Source: Podospora anserina (Eukaryota). Taken from it: DNA of 64,000 bases. A model generated the notes under the pieces. That model saw only the letters and a list, made by a program, of their open reading frames with translations, was not told the origin of the DNA and made no database searches. Made by a program: the position numbers and the translations under genes. Shown piece by piece: positions 59,261 through 64,000 of the stretch. Each line of letters starts with the position of its first letter. The stretch's first letter is position 1. The DNA is taken from assembly GCA_017654855.1 (NCBI GenBank), contig CM030333.1, positions 124,001 through 188,000 of the forward strand. The letters run 5' to 3'.

Positions 59261-61120
59261 ACGTGCATGATAAGCGAGCGCCGCAGATAAGCGAGCGCTA
59301 TACTGTTCGACGCGACCTAACCCTCCACCTTTAACATTCCATTTTTGAACCAAAAACCATATCTTTTACCTCTAACGAAGCTAGAGTAATTCTAGCCGCT
59401 AAAACTATAAAAAATAATAAAAACCTAAATAAATAAGCTATAGCGAAGATCTATAAAATTAACGATAGAATTATTTACCGTTAATTTACCGGTATATTTA
59501 TACGACATAATATTTTAATTAATTTATATAAATTTATAGATTTAAAAGAAAAAACGATTATTTAATATATAATTAAGCTATTTATACGTATATTTTATCC
59601 CCGGCTTTTATATATAAAAAATATAACTAATCGATTATTACGCGAATGCGATACGCTTTTTATTAACGTACGATAGGTTTATAATTTTGTTAAATATTAA
59701 TTAAAACTTTAAACGTATTTTATATATAAATATAATTATTAAAAGGTTAAATACGAAAATTTAAAGGTTATTAACGAGTAGTTTACTTTCGTATAGAATA
59801 TTAAAGTTAAATATAATATTATAAATAACGATATTTATAATTTCGACGAGACTAGGTTTATAATAAATATTATTATTATTATTATAATTATTATAGTTTT
59901 TAATAGCCGTAATAAAGTTAAATAGGTTTAATTTAATAATTATAAATAAATTCCAGTTATTTAAAACGTAAATACTTTAAATTAAACTATTTTATTATTT
60001 ATTATTTTAATTAAGTAATATTATTTTATTAATTAATATTAAAAATATAGTTTTCCGGCTATTTAACGTATTATAATAATTAATAATAATTAAATTACTA
60101 ATAAAAAAATATATATTAGATTTAGTACTTTGATTTTTATATAGTATTTCGTACGAAGGATAAATATCGGTTATTAATCCTTAATAGTTATAAAAACTAT
60201 TACTCCGAAGAATTCGAGACTTATTATTAAAAGTATAATATTATTATATTATATATACCTCCATATTCCTCCTATATACTTTAATTATTATATATTAATT
60301 ATTTTATATTATTAAAGAAAGTATATAACTATTAAATTAAGTAATTAATATAAATAAATATTATATATATTAATAAATTAAAGTTTCTTTATATATTTAA
60401 AAAAATATTTTTTATTTTAATTATAGAAAAAAATATTTAAAGAAGTTTTATTAAAGTTAGCCTTATACTGTATAATCTAAAAAGAATAATATTTAAACTA
60501 AATATATATATTTAGACCTTAATACCCCTAGCCTTAAGCTTAATTATAATACTACTTTAAATCTTTTAAACGCTATATAACCCTCGAAAGGTTACTTTAT
60601 AATTAACGCTTATTAAAACTCGAATTTCTAATTATTAAAATAACTCTTTAACCTTAATACTAACCGCTATAAACCAATTTATTAAGGGAATAATAAATAT
60701 AATATACGAGGTAACTCTTCTCCGTACAAAAGTCTCTTCGTTACGTAAGGCTAATAAGGAGCTTAGTAAGAGACGGAGAGCTAAAAAAACACGTGTGCAG
60801 CTTAGAGAGTTACTTACTATATAAGAGGCACAGGATCTACTAGATCAAAAGGCTATAAGTAAGTAGGTAGCCCAGGAGATACAATAAAGTGGTGGTGGTG
60901 CAGGGGGGTCTCGTACGAAAATTCGGTGCTATAGCGTGTGCGGTAAGCCTAGCTATAATGCACGTACATGCCAGGAGGCTGCAGAATCATCTGATTCATC
61001 TATTTCTAATTCAGTTATCGTTGTTTCCTAGTGTTGTGGTTGTGTAATTGAGGATAGCTGTAGTAGGGTGGTAGAAAGTGCGGCGCTCGCTTGTCTGCGG
61101 CGCTCGCTTATCATGCACGT
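59261..61120 (+). mobile_element. Full-length (1860 bp) RIP-inactivated Fot1/pogo-family DNA transposon
   Basis: 38-bp TIRs ACGTGCATGATAAGCGAGCGCCGCAGA(T/C)AAGCGAGCGC with TA on both sides. Transposase remnants include YNFDET (~59836) and the C-terminal knuckle RCYSVCGKPSYNARTC. Confidence 0.93.
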
Positions 61121-63384
61121 TATACTTCCTTTTAGAATATTTTGATGATACCTTGCTTGGTGAGAAGAACCAATCGACGAGCCACACTGCCGCGATGTTA
61201 AAGTAAGTAAAATAAATAACATACGACCTCCTAATCTACGACTGCGATCAAATCTTCCGGGCATGGCTTCTATCGAGTGATGACTGACCTCGGAAAACAA
61301 GTCTTGGGCTTGTTTGGTGTTTTTTGTGGCAAAGGACAGTATCTAGTTCTTGTGATGTATTTACTGCACGGTGTGGTTCCTACGGTGAGTTCCTACAAGT
61401 CCCGACAGTTTCAAAATGCTTTCAGCATCAGGTAGGCTCCGGTTTCCAAGAATGTCGGGGAGCCTATAAGGAGCTTGTCCTTGGGCCCCTGGCATTGAAC
61501 CACTAACCCCGCAACGTGACACTACTGACAGAACGGTGGTCAAAAAGCATGCACGCTGAGAGATTCCTTCAAGAGTACATGCCAGGTGCAACATCATTAA
61601 CAAGACACTGCCCCAAATCCTTCGTCTGGCCCGTCTGGCTGTCTGCGTTCAGTATCTGCCCAAAACCTACAGGTTACACCGTGACACCTGACCTGATGTG
61701 CGAGCCATCATACATATCCTTCCATCTGCAACGCATCATTCCATAAAAGATTCGTGTTCCACGACAGATGTGTGGAGTATCCCTATGCCGCTGGACATCA
61801 GTCAGAGCATTCTGTCCCTTGTTGCATGTCCGCCAAAGCCGGCCTTCACACGTCACATGCTCCCAGAAACCACCCGTTGGGCACCGAGCCCTTCATAGCT
61901 GTACAGACACCTGTCCAGGTCACACAGCCCTAGGCCACGGGTTCATCTGCACCTTGGACAGCAACACCCGCATATTTCCTCTTGGTAGTTTCCTGTATTG
62001 GGCGTCTTTCACCTCCTGGTAACAACACCACCCAAATTTTGATGCGGCATTTTTGTTAGTGGGTGAGAATGGCATGACCAAGTTAGAGACTTGGCATGTT
62101 TGGGCGTGACCAGCCGCAAAAGTTGGACGTGTAACCTTCCTCTCCTACCAGGTATTGATTCTAAAACATTGAGAAAACCAGTCAAAAGCATTGCTCGGTT
62201 TCTATCTCGTCAAGGAAGCGGGTACTTTTGGGCAGTCTAAGTGGACTCGAGTGAGCTACCACCTTGGAGAAAGTAGTGCCTCGTGATTGGCGTGGCTTAT
62301 GATAGCACTCTTGCTAGACCTGGTTTTTGGGTTCTGTTTGCCTGGTCCCCGATGAAAAGCCACTGAGAACATGAATCAAACAACCCCGTAATCGAGCCTC
62401 ATCACTATGAAACAGGTAACTGGTACTTCGCTACCTAAGCAGCTTCATAGCCGTCTAAATCCTGATGGTACTGTGAGGTTGGCCTGGTTCTCTCATTGTG
62501 CAGCCACGTATGGGCAAAGAATATGTTCCTGGTTAGAACCATAGGCATATCACACGGCGAAGCAATATCGATACGCGCATGAAACATGAGTGTCCATTCG
62601 GCACACATAACTTCTGACCAGCTACAATGTCTTGACATGCATGATGATGATCACTACCGCAGCGAAGCCACAAAGCGCGACTTGGGCGAACGCAATTCCT
62701 ATACCTTACTAAATACTCGGCTACTGTGAAGCCCAACCCAAAGGAATCGATCCATGGTGCTGATTTCGGATTGCCCGAACCATCCAGCCTGACCCAACCC
62801 TCTCAATTTGTGCACAAACAACGTTTACGGGGTAGAGGTATACTGGTGATGTTTGAAGCGCACCGGAGCCTGGCACATGGTCTCAACTGACGGAGGTAGG
62901 TTGACCATTCACTGCAGTTTTATTTTCATCCAAGTAACCAAGGTAGACAGGTTCTGGACTTGCCAAAATTGTGTGTCACTCTTGGGCCCAAACATTATGC
63001 TTCTTCGCTGAAAAAAGGTGAAAACATAGAGTTGGGCATCCGTTTAAAATATTTTGATGGCGGTCATCTGCTTATAGATCATGGCAGCAAGGCCCACTTT
63101 CATGGGCAGCTGAATAGAAATATAACTTGGGGTATGTCTGGAATAATCTGTTAGTTATGATAGATATCGCTGCACAGTCCTGACAAGCCAGGAACGGTCC
63201 CATCTTACGCTTGAGCCCGAAAGTGTCTGCCTGCAGGAAACAATAACGACCTTGCCTGCCGCCGAGTCAGGTATTCTGCCCTTGCCAGTTCGACACTACA
63301 CGATCAGCCACTGGCTACATTCCGATTACTACCTACCTGGTACATTACTTACCTACTCAATCACTGTTTGCTATGGTCTAAAAC

Positions 63385-64000
63385 ATGAGTCTGTTCATTG
63401 TAAGATCATTCGCCGCATTTTTCTAGGAAGCTTTTAAACTGACAGAGTTTCTACCTAGGGCAGCAAATCTGCTTCTTCTCGTCAGGGTAGTCATATTTAC
63501 CGTGATAAGCACCCTTCCTTCAGCCATGGCTCCCGCAACAAGTATCGCGGTCGCGACCCCAAGGTCTCTGGTGCCACCCTAGTTGAAAATGAAGCTGGCG
63601 ATCGACCTCTCACTGGCACCTCATTCTTATTTGTGGTCAACGAACTCAACAACAACTATGAGGCTCAGACTTACGGAAGCGAGCCACTTCGGGATCAGTG
63701 GTTGAACTTCATGCCCCCTGAACGCGCGGATGAGTACTTGGATGAATGGCCGGGAATGGTATTCCGGTATCTGCAGGAACCGCAAGGCGGCGTCATCACT
63801 CCGGCTGATGGGTATCGGTGGTGTGTTACCGAAACGAGAAACCAAACAGAAAAGAAGTTTGCTGACGCAGCCACGGTATCAAAACAACAGGTACCGCCCT
63901 GGCCGAGGACACGAAGGTCATATCGTTCGAGTCGATACGGCAGGCAACATCACCGGCCACCCCATTATTTGCCGTCAAGCGACCATTTTCTCCTGTAGCA
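63385..64000 (+). CDS. Hypothetical protein, 3'-truncated by the window edge
   Basis: AAACATG start. Introns 63400-63458 and 63821-63890 have branch sites and give one continuous frame (MSLFI|GSKSA...GYRW|YRPGRG...IFSCS). Confidence 0.7.

Noticed and set aside
63526-63640. Out-of-frame ATG suggesting a frameshift in the last gene
   Set aside because: An upstream exon (63385-63399) and intron (63400-63458) give a continuous frame.

Overview
Gene-dense, intron-containing genomic DNA from a filamentous ascomycete. Short GT-AG introns with CTRAC/CTAAC branch sites and RIP-scarred repeats point to Sordariales, possibly Podospora-like; the species assignment is inference only. 1-24 kb holds housekeeping genes (GRE2-like reductase, UVDE, tRNA-Asp, an Acm1-like APC/C inhibitor, dTMP kinase, GTP cyclohydrolase I, TAF11, bL27m, LCL2, Glc8). 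24-42 kb is catabolic: an alpha-glucoside permease, a Zn2Cys6 transcription factor and myo-inositol oxygenase, then a compact seven-gene block (two 3-hydroxyacid dehydrogenases, two MBL-fold lactonases of which one is a pseudogene, a Zn-ADH, two CMD/AhpD proteins). Four intergenic regions in that block contain a CGG-N15-CCG motif. 42-51.5 kb holds a BTB-like gene whose TGA-CTA stop is followed in frame by a 176-codon hydrophobic extension (candidate readthrough), a MYND pseudogene, tRNA-Ser, a hypothetical gene and a stand-alone TTL-family ligase. 52.1-61.1 kb is an AT-rich, RIP-mutated transposon nest: a Ty3/Gypsy relic, five related LTRs with different U3 halves, and two Fot1/pogo DNA transposons. 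A hypothetical gene runs off the right end. All family calls come from manual motif recognition, not database searches.
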